This document shows positions 26,701-40,400 of a DNA stretch of 64,000 nt, one piece after another (the stretch's first letter is position 1; each line of letters opens with the position of its first letter). The stretch comes from Auanema rhodensis (lineage: Eukaryota; Animalia; Nematoda): positions 1,860,001 through 1,924,000 of the forward strand of contig OZ059898.1 in the NCBI GenBank assembly GCA_964057225.1. The letters run 5' to 3'. Both the position numbers and the translations under genes were made by a program. The notes under the pieces are model-generated. The model saw only the letters and a program-made list of their open reading frames with translations. It was not told where the DNA came from and did no database searches.

Positions 26701-29700
26701 TTGCCTTGAAAAAAGGAATCTAAAAACATCTACTTTTTGCTAAATTATCTTAAAATTTTTCGAAAAAATTTTTGTCAAAATGTTTTTGGAAGCAATGTTG
26801 AGTGTACATGGAAACTCAACATACACTAATGCATCATTTTTCAAACGATCATAACTAATTTCTGTATTAAGCGTTTCTCAATGTAGTATAGTGCATTCGA
26901 TGCGGATTTTTAAGCTGCGTCGATCTGTGTTATCAGATTTGCGCTAGCTTAAAAATGCACCGAGATATAAACTGATATAAGTTCACACTTATATCCTCGA
27001 TTTTCACCCTGAAGAATTAATTTTTTCGTTGAATAACATTGTCCATCGTCTTTGCCTTGAAAAAAGGAATCTAAAAACATCTACTTTTTGCTAAATTATT
27101 TTGAAATTTTTCGAAAAAATTTTTGTCAAAATGTTTTTGGAAGCAATGTTGAGTGTACATGGAAACTCAACATACACTAATGCATCATTTTTCAAACGAT
27201 CATAACTAATTTTTGTATTAAGCGTTTCTCAATGTAGTACAGTGCATTCGATGCGGATTTTTAAGCTGCGTCGATCTGTGTTATCAGATTTGCGCTAGCT
27301 TAAAAATGCACCGAGATATCATTTGATATAAGTTCACACTTATATCCTCGATTTTCACCCTGAAGAATTAATTTTTTCGTTGAATAACATTGTCCATCGT
27401 CTCTGCCTTGAAAAAAGAAATCTAAAAACATCTACTTTTTGCTAAATTATTTTGAAATCTTTCGAAAAAATTTTTGTCAAAATGTTTTTGGAAGCAATGT
27501 TGAGTGTACATGGAAACTCAACATACACTAATGCATCATTTTTCAAACGATCATAACTAATTTTTGTATTAAGCGTTTCTCAATGTAGTATAGTGCATTC
27601 GATGCGGATTTTTAAGCTGCGTCGATCTGTGTTATCAGATTTGCGCTAGCTTAAAAATCCACCGAGATATCAACTGATATAAGTTCACACTTATATCCTC
27701 GATTTTCACCCTGAAGAATTAATTTTTTCGTTGAATAACATTGTCCATCGTCTTTGCCTTGAAAAAAGGAATCTAAAAACATCTACTTTTTGCTAAATTA
27801 TTTTGAAATCTTTCGAAAAAATTTTTGTCAAAATGTTTTTGGAAGCAATGTTGAGTGTACATGGAAACTCAACATACACTAATGCATCATTTTTCAAACG
27901 ATCATAACTAATTTTTGTATTAAGCGTTTCTCAATGTAGTATAGTGCATTCGATGCGGATTTTTAAGCTGCGTCGATCTGTGTTATCAGATTTGCGCTAG
28001 CTTAAAAATCCACCGAGATATCAACTGATATAAGTTCACACTTATATCCTCGATTTTCACCCTGAAGAATTAATTTTTTCGTTGAATAACATTGTCCATC
28101 GTCTTTGCCTTGCAAAAAGGAATCTAAAAACATCTACTTTTTGCTAAATTATTTTGAAATTTTTCGAAAAAATTTTTGTCAAAATGTTTTTGGAAGCAAT
28201 GTTGAGTGTACATGGAAACTCAACATACACTAATGCATCATTTTTCAAACGATCATAACTAATTTTTGTATTAAGCGTTTCTCAATGTAGTATAGTGCAT
28301 TCGATGCGGATTTTTAAGCTGCGTCGATCTGTGTTATCAGATTTGCGCTAGCTTAAAAATGCACCGAGATATCATTTGATATAAGTTCACACTTATATCC
28401 TCGATTTTCACCCTGAAGAATTAATTTTTTCGTTGAATAACATTGTCCATCGTCTTTGCCTTGAAAAAAGGAATCTAAAAACATCTACTTTTTGCTAAAT
28501 TATTTTGAAATTTTTCGAAAAAATTTTTGTCAAAATGTTTTTGGAAGCAATGTTGAGTGTACATGGAAACTCAACATACACTAATGCATCATTTTTCAAA
28601 CGATCATAACTAATTTTTGTATTAAGCGTTTCTCAATGTAGTATAGTGCATTCGATGCGGATTTTTAAGCTGCGTCGATCTGTGTTATCAGATTTGCGCT
28701 AGCTTAAAAATGCACCGAGATATCAACTGATATAAGTTCACACTTATATCCTCGATTTTCACCCTGAAGAATTAATTTTTTCGTTGAATAACATTGTCCA
28801 TCGTCTCTGCCTTGAAAAAAGAAATCTAAAAACATCTATATTTTGCTAAATTATTTTGAAATTTTTCGAAAAAATTTTTGTCAAAATGTTTTTGGAAGCA
28901 ATGTTGAGTGTACATGGAAACTCAACATACACTAATGCATCATTTTTCAAACGATCATAACTAATTTTTGTATTAAGCGTTTCTCAATGTAGTATAGTGC
29001 ATTCGATGCGGATTTTTAAGCTGCGTCGATCTGTGTTATCAGATTTGCGCTAGCTTAAAAATGCACCGAGATATCATTTGATATAAGTTCACACTTATAT
29101 CCTCGATTTTCACCCTGAAGAATCAATTTTTTCGTTGAATAACATTGTCCATCGTCTTTGCCTTGAAAAAAGGAATCTAAAAACATCTACTTTTTGCTAA
29201 ATTATTTTGAAATTTTTCGAAAAAATTTTTGTCAAAATGTTTTTGGAAGCAATGTTGAGTGTACATGGAAACTCAACATACACTAATGCATCATTTTTCA
29301 AACGATCATAACTAATTTTTGTATTAAGCGTTTCTCAATGTAGTATAGTGCATTCGATGCGGATTTTTAAGCTGCGTCGATCTGTGTTATCAGATTTGCG
29401 CTAGCTTAAAAATCCACCGAGATATCAACTGATATAAGTTCACACTTATATCCTCGATTTTCACCCTGAAGAATTAATTTTTTCGTTGAATAACATTGTC
29501 CATCGTCTTTGCCTTGAAAAAAGGAATCTAAAAACATCTACTTTTTGCTAAATTATTTTGAAATTTTTCGAAAAAATTTTTGTCAAAATGTTTTTGGAAG
29601 CAATGTTGAGTGTACATGGAAACTCAACATACACTAATGCATCATTTTTCAAACGATCATAACTAATTTTTGTATTAAGCGTTTCTCAATGTAGTACAGT

Positions 29701-31320
29701 GCATTCGATGCGGATTTTTAAGCTGCGTCGATCTGTGTTATCAGATTTGCGCTAGCTTAAAAATGCACCGAGATATCATTTGATATAAGTTCACACTTAT
29801 ATCCTCGATTTTCACCCTGAAGAATTAATTTTTTCGTTGAATAACATTGTCCATCGTCTCTGCCTTGAAAAAAGAAATCTAAAAACATCTACTTTTTGCT
29901 AAATTATTTTGAAATCTTTCGAAAAAATTTTTGTCAAAATGTTTTTGGAAGCAATGTTGAGTGTACATGGAAACTCAACATACACTAATGCATCATTTTT
30001 CAAACGATCATAACTAATTTTTGTATTAAGCGTTTCTCAATGTAGTATAGTGCATTCGATGCGGATTTTTAAGCTGCGTCGATCTGTGTTATCAGATTTG
30101 CGCTAGCTTAAAAATCCACCGAGATATCAACTGATATAAGTTCACACTTATATCCTCGATTTTCACCCTGAAGAATTAATTTTTTCGTTGAATAACATTG
30201 TCCATCGTCTTTGCCTTGAAAAAAGGAATCTAAAAACATCTACTTTTTGCTAAATTATTTTGAAATCTTTCGAAAAAATTTTTGTCAAAATGTTTTTGGA
30301 AGCAATGTTGAGTGTACATGGAAACTCAACATACACTAATGCATCATTTTTCAAACGATCATAACTAATTTTTGTATTAAGCGTTTCTCAATGTAGTATA
30401 GTGCATTCGATGCGGATTTTTAAGCTGCGTCGATCTGTGTTATCAGATTTGCGCTAGCTTAAAAATCCACCGAGATATCAACTGATATAAGTTCACACTT
30501 ATATCCTCGATTTTCACCCTGAAGAATTAATTTTTTCGTTGAATAACATTGTCCATCGTCTTTGCCTTGAAAAAAGGAATCTAAAAACATCTACTTTTTG
30601 CTAAATTATTTTGAAATTTTTCGAAAAAATTTTTGTCAAAATGTTTTTGGAAGCAATGTTGAGTGTACATGGAAACTCAACATACACTAATGCATCATTT
30701 TTCAAACGATCATAACTAATTTTTGTATTAAGCGTTTCTCAATGTAGTATAGTGCATTCGATGCGGATTTTTAAGCTGCGTCGATCTGTGTTATCAGATT
30801 TGCGCTAGCTTAAAAATGCACCGAGATATCATTTGATATAAGTTCACACTTATATCCTCGATTTTCACCCTGAAGAATTGATTTTTTCGTTGAATAACAT
30901 TGTCCATCGTCTTTGCCTTGAAAAAAGGAATCTAAAAACATCTACTTTTTGCTAAATTATTTTGAAATTTTTCGAAAAAATTTTTGTCAAAATGTTTTTG
31001 GAAGCAATGTTGAGTGTACATGGAAACTCAACATACACTAATGCATCATTTTTCAAACGATCATAACTAATTTTTGTATTAAGCGTTTCTCAATGTAGTA
31101 CAGTGCATTCGATGCGGATTTTTAAGCTGCGTCGATCTGTGTTATCAGATTTGCGCTAGCTTAAAAATGCACCGAGATATCATTTGATATAAGTTCACAC
31201 TTATATCCTCGATTTTCACCCTGAAGAATTAATTTTTTCGTTGAATAACATTGTCCATCGTCTCTGCCTTGAAAAAAGAAATCTAAAAACATCTACTTTT
31301 TGCTAAATTATTTTGAAATC
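14743..31320. repeat. Satellite variant domain 2 (M43 to the 5' part of M90)
   Basis: Recurrent C159T (gcattatt), AC295-296TT (atcatttg), T25C+G40A+T81C (ctctg/gaaa/aatcttt) and G281C (aatccacc). Confidence 0.8.
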
Positions 31321-31429
31321 TTTCGAAAAAATTTTTGTCAAAATGTTTTTGGAAGCAATGTTGAGTGTACATGGAAACTCAACATACACTAATGCATCAT
31401 TTTTCAAACGATCATAACTAATTTTTGTA

Positions 31430-34400
31430 ATAAGCGTTTTTCAAAGTAGTATAGTGCATTCGATGCGGATTTTTAAGCTGCGTCGATCTGTGTTATCAGA
31501 TTTGCGCTAGCTTAAAAATGCACCGAGATATCAACTGATATAAGTTCACACTTATATCCTCGATTTTCACCCTGAAGAATTAATTTTTTCGTTGAATAAC
31601 ATTGTCCATCGTCTTTGCTTTAAAAAAAGGAATCTAAAAACATCTACTTTTTGCTAAATTATTTTGAAATTTTTCGAAAAAATTTTTGTCAAAATGTTTT
31701 TGGAAGCAATGTTGAGTGTACATGGAAACTCAACATACACTAATGCATCATTTTTCAAACGATCATAACTAATTTTTGTATTAAGCGTTTCTCAATGTAG
31801 TATAGTGCATTCGATGCGGATTTTTAAGCTGCGTCGATCTGTGTTATCAGATTTGCGCTAGCTTAAAAATGCACCGAGATATCAACTGATATAAGTTCAC
31901 ACTTATATCCTCGATTTTCACCCTGAAGAATTAATTTTTTCGTTGAATAACATTGTCCATCATCTTTGCTTTGAAAAAAGGAATCTAAAAACATCTACTT
32001 TTTGCTAAATTATTTTGAAATTTTTCGTAAAAATTTTTGTCAAAATGTTTTTGGAAGCAATGTTGAGTGTACATGGAAACTCAACATACACTAATGCATC
32101 ATTTTTCAAACGATCATAACTAATTTTTGTATTAAGCGTTTCTCAATGTAGTATAGTGCATTCGATGCGGATTTTTAAGCTGCGTCGATCTGTGTTATCA
32201 GATTTGCGCTAGCTTAAAAATGCACCGAGATATCAACTGATATAAGTTCACACTTATATCCTCGATTTTCACCCTGAAGAATTAATTTTTTCGTTGAATA
32301 ACATTGTCCATCATCTTTGCTTTGAAAAAAGGAATCTAAAAACATCTACTTTTTGCTAAATTATTTTGAAATTTTTCGTAAAAATTTTTGTCAAAATGTT
32401 TTTGGAAGCAATGTTGAGTGTACATGGAAACTCAACATACACTAATGCATCATTTTTCAAACGATCATAACTAATTTTTGTATTAAGCGTTTCTCAATGT
32501 AGTATAGTGCATTCGATGCGGATTTTTAAGCTGCGTCGATCTGTGCTATCAGATTTGCGCTAGCTTAAAAATGCACCGAGATATCAACTGATATAAGTTC
32601 ACACTTATATCCTCGATTTTCACCCTGAAGAATTAATTTTTTCGTTGAATAACATTGTCCATCATCTTTGCTTTGAAAAAAGGAATCTAAAAACATCTAC
32701 TTTTTGCTAAATTATTTTGAAATTTTTCGTAAAAATTTTTGTCAAAATGTTTTTGGAAGCAATGTTGAGTGTACATGGAAACTCAACATACACTAATGCA
32801 TCATTTTTCAAACGATCATAACTAATTTTTGTATTAAGCGTTTCTCAATGTAGTATAGTGCATTCGATGCGGATTTTTAAGCTGCGTCGATCTGTGTTAT
32901 CAGATTTGCGCTAGCTTAAAAATGCACCGAGATATCAACTGATATAAGTTCACACTTATATCCTCGATTTTCACCCTGAAGAATTAATTTTTTCGTTGAA
33001 TAACATTGTCCATCGTCTTTGCCTTGAAAAAAGGAATCTAAAAACATCTACTTTTTGCTAAATTATTTTGAAATTTTTCGAAAAAATTTTTGTCAAAATG
33101 TTTTTGGAAGCAATGTTGAGTGTACATGGAAACTCAACATACACTAATGCATCATTTTTCAAACGATCATAACTAATTTTTGTATTAAGCGTTTTTCAAT
33201 GTAGTATAGTGCATTCGATGCGGATTTTTAAGCTGCGTCGATCTGTGTTATCAGATTTGCGCTAGCTTAAAAATGCACCGAGATATCAACTGGTATAAGT
33301 TCACACTTATATCCTCGATTTTCACCCTGAAGAATTAATTTTTTCGTTGAATAACATTGTCCATCGTCTTTGCCTTGAAAAAAGGAATCTAAAAACATCT
33401 ACTTTTTGCTAAATTATTTTGAAATTTTTCGAAAAAATTTTTGTCAAAATGTTTTTGGAAGCAATGTTGAGTGTACATGGAAACTCAACATACACTAATG
33501 CATCATTTTTCAAACGATCATAACTAATTTTTGTAATAAGCGTTTTTCAAAGTAGTATAGTGCATTCGATGCGGATTTTTAAGCTGCGTCGATCTGTGTT
33601 ATCAGATTTGCGCTAGCTTAAAAATGCACCGAGATATCAACTGATATAAGTTCACACTTATATCCTCGATTTTCACCCTGAAGAATTAATTTTTTCGTTG
33701 AATAACATTGTCCATCGTCTTTGCTTTGAAAAAAGGAATCTAAAAACATCTACTTTTTGCTAAATTATTTTGAAATTTTTCGAAAAAATTTTTGTCAAAA
33801 TGTTTTTGGAAGCAATGTTGAGTGTACATGGAAACTCAACATACACTAATGCATCATTTTTCAAACGATCATAACTAATTTTTGTATTAAGCGTTTCTCA
33901 ATGTAGTATAGTGCATTCGATGCGGATTTTTAAGCTGCGTCGATCTGTGTTATCAGATTTGCGCTAGCTTAAAAATGCACCGAGATATCAACTGATATAA
34001 GTTCACACTTATATCCTCGATTTTCACCCTGAAGAATTAATTTTTTCGTTGAATAACATTGTCCATCATCTTTGCTTTGAAAAAAGGAATCTAAAAACAT
34101 CTACTTTTTGCTAAATTATTTTGAAATTTTTCGTAAAAATTTTTGTCAAAATGTTTTTGGAAGCAATGTTGAGTGTACATGGAAACTCAACATACACTAA
34201 TGCATCATTTTTCAAACGATCATAACTAATTTTTGTATTAAGCGTTTCTCAATGTAGTATAGTGCATTCGATGCGGATTTTTAAGCTGCGTCGATCTGTG
34301 TTATCAGATTTGCGCTAGCTTAAAAATGCACCGAGATATCAACTGATATAAGTTCACACTTATATCCTCGATTTTCACCCTGAAGAATTAATTTTTTCGT

Positions 34401-37400
34401 TGAATAACATTGTCCATCATCTTTGCTTTGAAAAAAGGAATCTAAAAACATCTACTTTTTGCTAAATTATTTTGAAATTTTTCGTAAAAATTTTTGTCAA
34501 AATGTTTTTGGAAGCAATGTTGAGTGTACATGGAAACTCAACATACACTAATGCATCATTTTTCAAACGATCATAACTAATTTTTGTATTAAGCGTTTCT
34601 CAATGTAGTATAGTGCATTCGATGCGGATTTTTAAGCTGCGTCGATCTGTGTTATCAGATTTGCGCTAGCTTAAAAATGCACCGAGATATCAACTGATAT
34701 AAGTTCACACTTATATCCTCGATTTTCACCCTGAAGAATTAATTTTTTCGTTGAATAACATTGTCCATCATCTTTGCTTTGAAAAAAGGAATCTAAAAAC
34801 ATCTACTTTTTGCTAAATTATTTTGAAATTTTTCGTAAAAATTTTTGTCAAAATGTTTTTGGAAGCAATGTTGAGTGTACATGGAAACTCAACATACACT
34901 AATGCATCATTTTTCAAACGATCATAACTAATTTTTGTATTAAGCGTTTCTCAATGTAGTATAGTGCATTCGATGCGGATTTTTAAGCTGCGTCGATCTG
35001 TGTTATCAGATTTGCGCTAGCTTAAAAATGCACCGAGATATCAACTGATATAAGTTCACACTTATATCCTCGATTTTCACCCTGAAGAATTAATTTTTTC
35101 GTTGAATAACATTGTCCATCGTCTTTGCCTTGAAAAAAGGAATCTAAAAACATCTACTTTTTGCTAAATTATTTTGAAATTTTTCGAAAAAATTTTTGTC
35201 AAAATGTTTTTGGAAGCAATGTTGAGTGTACATGGAAACTCAACATACACTAATGCATCATTTTTCAAACGATCATAACTAATTTTTGTATTAAGCGTTT
35301 CTCAATGTAGTATAGTGCATTCGATGCGGATTTTTAAGCTGCGTCGATCTGTGTTATCAGATTTGCGCTAGCTTAAAAATGCACCGAGATATCAACTGAT
35401 ATAAGTTCACACTTATATCCTCGATTTTCACCCTGAAGAATTAATTTTTTCGTTGAATAACATTGTCCATCATCTTTGCTTTGAAAAAAGGAATCTAAAA
35501 ACATCTACTTTTTGCTAAATTATTTTGAAATTTTTCGTAAAAATTTTTGTCAAAATGTTTTTGGAAGCAATGTTGAGTGTACATGGAAACTCAACATACA
35601 CTAATGCATCATTTTTCAAACGATCATAACTAATTTTTGTATTAAGCGTTTCTCAATGTAGTATAGTGCATTCGATGCGGATTTTTAAGCTGCGTCGATC
35701 TGTGTTATCAGATTTGCGCTAGCTTAAAAATGCACCGAGATATCAACTGATATAAGTTCACACTTATATCCTCGATTTTCACCCTGAAGAATTAATTTTT
35801 TCGTTGAATAACATTGTCCATCGTCTTTGCCTTGAAAAAAGGAATCTAAAAACATCTACTTTTTGCTAAATTATTTTGAAATTTTTCGAAAAAATTTTTG
35901 TCAAAATGTTTTTGGAAGCAATGTTGAGTGTACATGGAAACTCAACATACACTAATGCATCATTTTTCAAACGATCATAACTAATTTTTGTATTAAGCGT
36001 TTTTCAATGTAGTATAGTGCATTCGATGCGGATTTTTAAGCTGCGTCGATCTGTGTTATCAGATTTGCGCTAGCTTAAAAATGCACCGAGATATCAACTG
36101 GTATAAGTTCACACTTATATCCTCGATTTTCACCCTGAAGAATTAATTTTTTCGTTGAATAACATTGTCCATCGTCTTTGCCTTGAAAAAAGGAATCTAA
36201 AAACATCTACTTTTTGCTAAATTATTTTGAAATTTTTCGAAAAAATTTTTGTCAAAATGTTTTTGGAAGCAATGTTGAGTGTACATGGAAACTCAACATA
36301 CACTAATGCATCATTTTTCAAACGATCATAACTAATTTTTGTATTAAGCGTTCCTCAATGTAGTATAGTGCTTTCGATGCGGATTTTTAAGCTGCGTCGA
36401 TCTGTGTTATCAGATTTGCGCTAGCTTAAAAATGCACCGAGATATCAACTGGTATAAGTTCACACTTATATCCTCGATTTTCACCCTGAAGAATTAATTT
36501 TTTCGTTGAATAACAGTGTCCATCGTCTTTGCCTTGAAAAAAGGAATCTAAAAACATCTACTTTTTGCTAAATTATCTTGAAATTTTTCGAAAAAATTTT
36601 TGTCAAAATGTTTTTGGAAGCAATGTTGAGTGTACATGGAAACTCAACATACACTAATGCATCATTTTTCAAACGATCATAACTAATTTTTGTATTAAGC
36701 GTTTCTCAATGTAGTATAGTGCATTCGATGCGGATTTTTAAGCTGCGTCGATCTGTGTTATCAGATTTGCGCTAGCTTAAAAATGCACCGAGATATCAAC
36801 TGGTATAAGTTCACACTTATATCCTCGATTTTCACCCTGAAGAATTAATTTTTTCGTTGAATAACATTGTCCATCGTCTTTGCCTTGAAAAAAGGAATCT
36901 AAAAACATCTACTTTTTGCTAAATTATTTTGAAATTTTTCGAAAAAATTTTTGTCAAAATGTTTTTGGAAGCAATGTTGAGTGTACATGGAAACTCAACA
37001 TACACTAATGCATCATTTTTCAAACGATCATAACTAATTTTTGTATTAAGCGTTTCTCAATGTAGTATAGTGCATTCGATGCGGATTTTTAAGCTGCGTC
37101 GATCTGTGTTATCAGATTTGCGCTAGCTTAAAAATGCACCGAGATATCAACTGGTATAAGTTCACACTTATATCCTCGATTTCCACCCTGAAGAATTGAT
37201 TTTTTCGTTGAATAACATTGTCCATCGTCTTTGCCTTGAAAAAAGGAATCTAAAAACATCTACTTTTTGCTAAATTATTTTGAAATTTTTCGAAAAAATT
37301 TTTGTCAAAATGTTTTTGGAAGCAATGTTGAGTGTACATGGAAACTCAACATACACTAATGCATCATTTTTCAAACGATCATAACTAATTTTTGTATTAA

Positions 37401-40400
37401 GCTTTTCTCAATGTAGTATAGTGCATTCGATGCGGATTTTTAAGCTGCGTCGATCTGTGTTATCAGATTTGCGCTAGCTTAAAAATGCACCGAGATATCA
37501 ACTGATATAAGTTCACACTTATATCCTCGATTTTCACCCTGAAGAATTAATTTTTTCGTTGAATAACATTGTCCATCATCTTTGATTTGAAAAAAGGAAT
37601 CTAAAAACATCTACTTTTTGCTAAATTATTTTGAAATTTTTCGTAAAAATTTTTGTCAAAATGTTTTTGGAAGCAATGTTGAGTGTACATGGAAACTCAA
37701 CATACACTAATGCATCATTTTTCAAACGATCATAACTAATTTTTGTATTAAGCGTTTCTCAATGTAGTATAGTGCATTCGATGCGGATTTTTAAGCTGCG
37801 TCGATCTGTGTTATCAGATTTGCGCTAGCTTAAAAATGCACCGAGATATCAACTGATATAAGTTCACACTTATATCCTCGATTTTCACCCTGAAGAATTA
37901 ATTTTTTCGTTGAATAACATTGTCCATCATCTTTGCTTTGAAAAAAGGAATCTAAAAACATCTACTTTTTGCTAAATTATTTTGAAATTTTTCGTAAAAA
38001 TTTTTGTCAAAATGTTTTTGGAAGCAATGTTGAGTGTACATGGAAACTCAACATACACTAATGCATCATTTTTCAAACGATCATAACTAATTTTTGTATT
38101 AAGCGTTTCTCAATGTAGTATAGTGCATTCGATGCGGATTTTTAAACTGCGTCGATCTGTGTTATCAGATTTGCGCTAGCTTAAAAATGCACCGAGATAT
38201 CAACTGATATAAGTTCACACTTATATCCTCGATTTTCACCCTGAAGAATTAATTTTTTCGTTGAATAACATTGTCCATCGTCTTTGCTTTGAAAAAAGGA
38301 ATCTAAAAACATCTACTTTTTGCTAAATTATTTTGAAATTTTTCGAAAAAATTTTTGTCAAAATGTTTTTGGAAGCAATGTTGAGTGTACATGGAAACTT
38401 AACATACACTAATGCATCATTTTTCAAACGATCATAACTAATTTTTGTATTAAGCGTTTTTCAATGTAGTATAGTGCATTCGATGCGGATTTTTAAGCTG
38501 CGTCGATCTGTGTTATCAGATTTGCGCTAGCTTAAAAATGCACCGAGATATCAACTGATATAAGTTCACACTTATATCCTCGATTTTCACCCTGAAGAAT
38601 TAATTTTTTCGTTGAATAACATCGTCCATCGTCTTTGCCTTGAAAAAAGGAATCTAAAAACATCTACTTTTTGCTAAATTATTTTGAAATTTTTCGAAAA
38701 AATTTTTGTCCAAATGTTTTTGGAAGCAATGTTGAGTGTACATGGAAACTCAACATACACTAATGCATCATTTTTCAAACAATCATAACTAATTTTTGTA
38801 TTAAGCGTTTCTCAATGTAGTATAGTGCATTCGATGCGGATTTTTAAGCTGCGTCGATCTGTGTTATCAGATTTGCGCTAGCTTAAAAATGCACCGAGAT
38901 ATCAACTGATATAAGTTCACACTTATATCCTCGATTTTCACCCTGAAGAATTAATTTTTTCGTTGAATAACATTGTCCATCGTCTTTGCCTTGAAAAAAG
39001 GAATCTAAAAACATCTACTTTTTGCTAAATTATTTTGAAATTTTTCGAAAAAATTTTTGTCGAAATGTTTTTGGAAGCAATGTTGAGTGTACATGGAAAC
39101 TCAACATACACTAATGCATCATTTTTCAAACGATCATAACTAATTTTTGTATTAAGCGTTTTTCAATGTAGTATAGTGCATTCGATGCGGATTTTTAAGC
39201 TGCGTCGATCTGTGTTATCAGATTTGCGCTAGCTTAAAAATGCACCGAGATATCAACTGGTATAAGTTCACACTTATATCCTCGATTTTCACCCTGAAGA
39301 ATTAATTTTTTCGTTGAATAACATTGTCCATCGTCTTTGCCTTGAAAAAAGGAATCTAAAAACATCTACTTTTTGCTAAATTATTTTGAAATTTTTCGAA
39401 AAAATTTTTGTCAAAATGTTTTTGGAAGCAATGTTGAGTGTACATGGAAACTCAACATACACTAATGCATCATTTTTCAAACAATCATAACTAATTTTTG
39501 TATTAAGCGTTTCTCAATGTAGTATAGTGCATTCGATGCGGATTTTTAAGCTGCGTCGATCTGTGTTATCAGATTTGCGCTAGCTTAAAAATGCACCGAG
39601 ATATCAACTGATATAAGTTCACACTTATATCCTCGATTTTCACCCTTGAAGAATTAATTTTTTCGTTGAATAACATTGTCCATCGTCTTTGCCTTGAAGA
39701 AAGGAATCTAAAAACATCTACTTTTTGCTAAATTATTTTGAAATTTTTCGAAAAAATTTTTGTCGAAATGTTTTTGGAAGCAATGTTGAGTGTACATGGA
39801 AACTCAACATACACTAATGCATCATTTTTCAAACGATCATAACTAATTTTTGTATTAAGCGTTTTTCAATGTAGTATAGTGCATTCGATGCGGATTTTTA
39901 AGCTGCGTCGATCTGTGTTATCAGATTTGCGCTAGCTTAAAAATGCACCGAGATATCAACTGGTATAAGTTCACACTTATATCCTCGATTTTCACCCTGA
40001 AGAATTAATTTTTTCGTTGAATAACATTGTCCATCGTCTTTGCCTTGAAAAAAGGAATCTAAAAACATCTACTTTTTGCTAAATTATTTTGAAATTTTTC
40101 GAAAAAATTTTTGTCAAAATGTTTTTGGAAGCAATGTTGAGTGTACATGGAAACTCAACATACACTAATGCATCATTTTTCAAACGATCATAACTAATTT
40201 TTGTAATAAGCTTTTTTCAATGTAGTATAGTGCATTCGATGCGGATTTTTAAGCTGCGTCGATCTGTGTTATCAGATTTGCGCTAGCTTAAAAATGCACC
40301 AAGATATCAACTGATATAAGTTCACACTTATATCCTCGATTTTCACCCTGAAGAATTAATTTTTTCGTTGAATAACATTGTTCATCGTCTTTGCTTTGAA

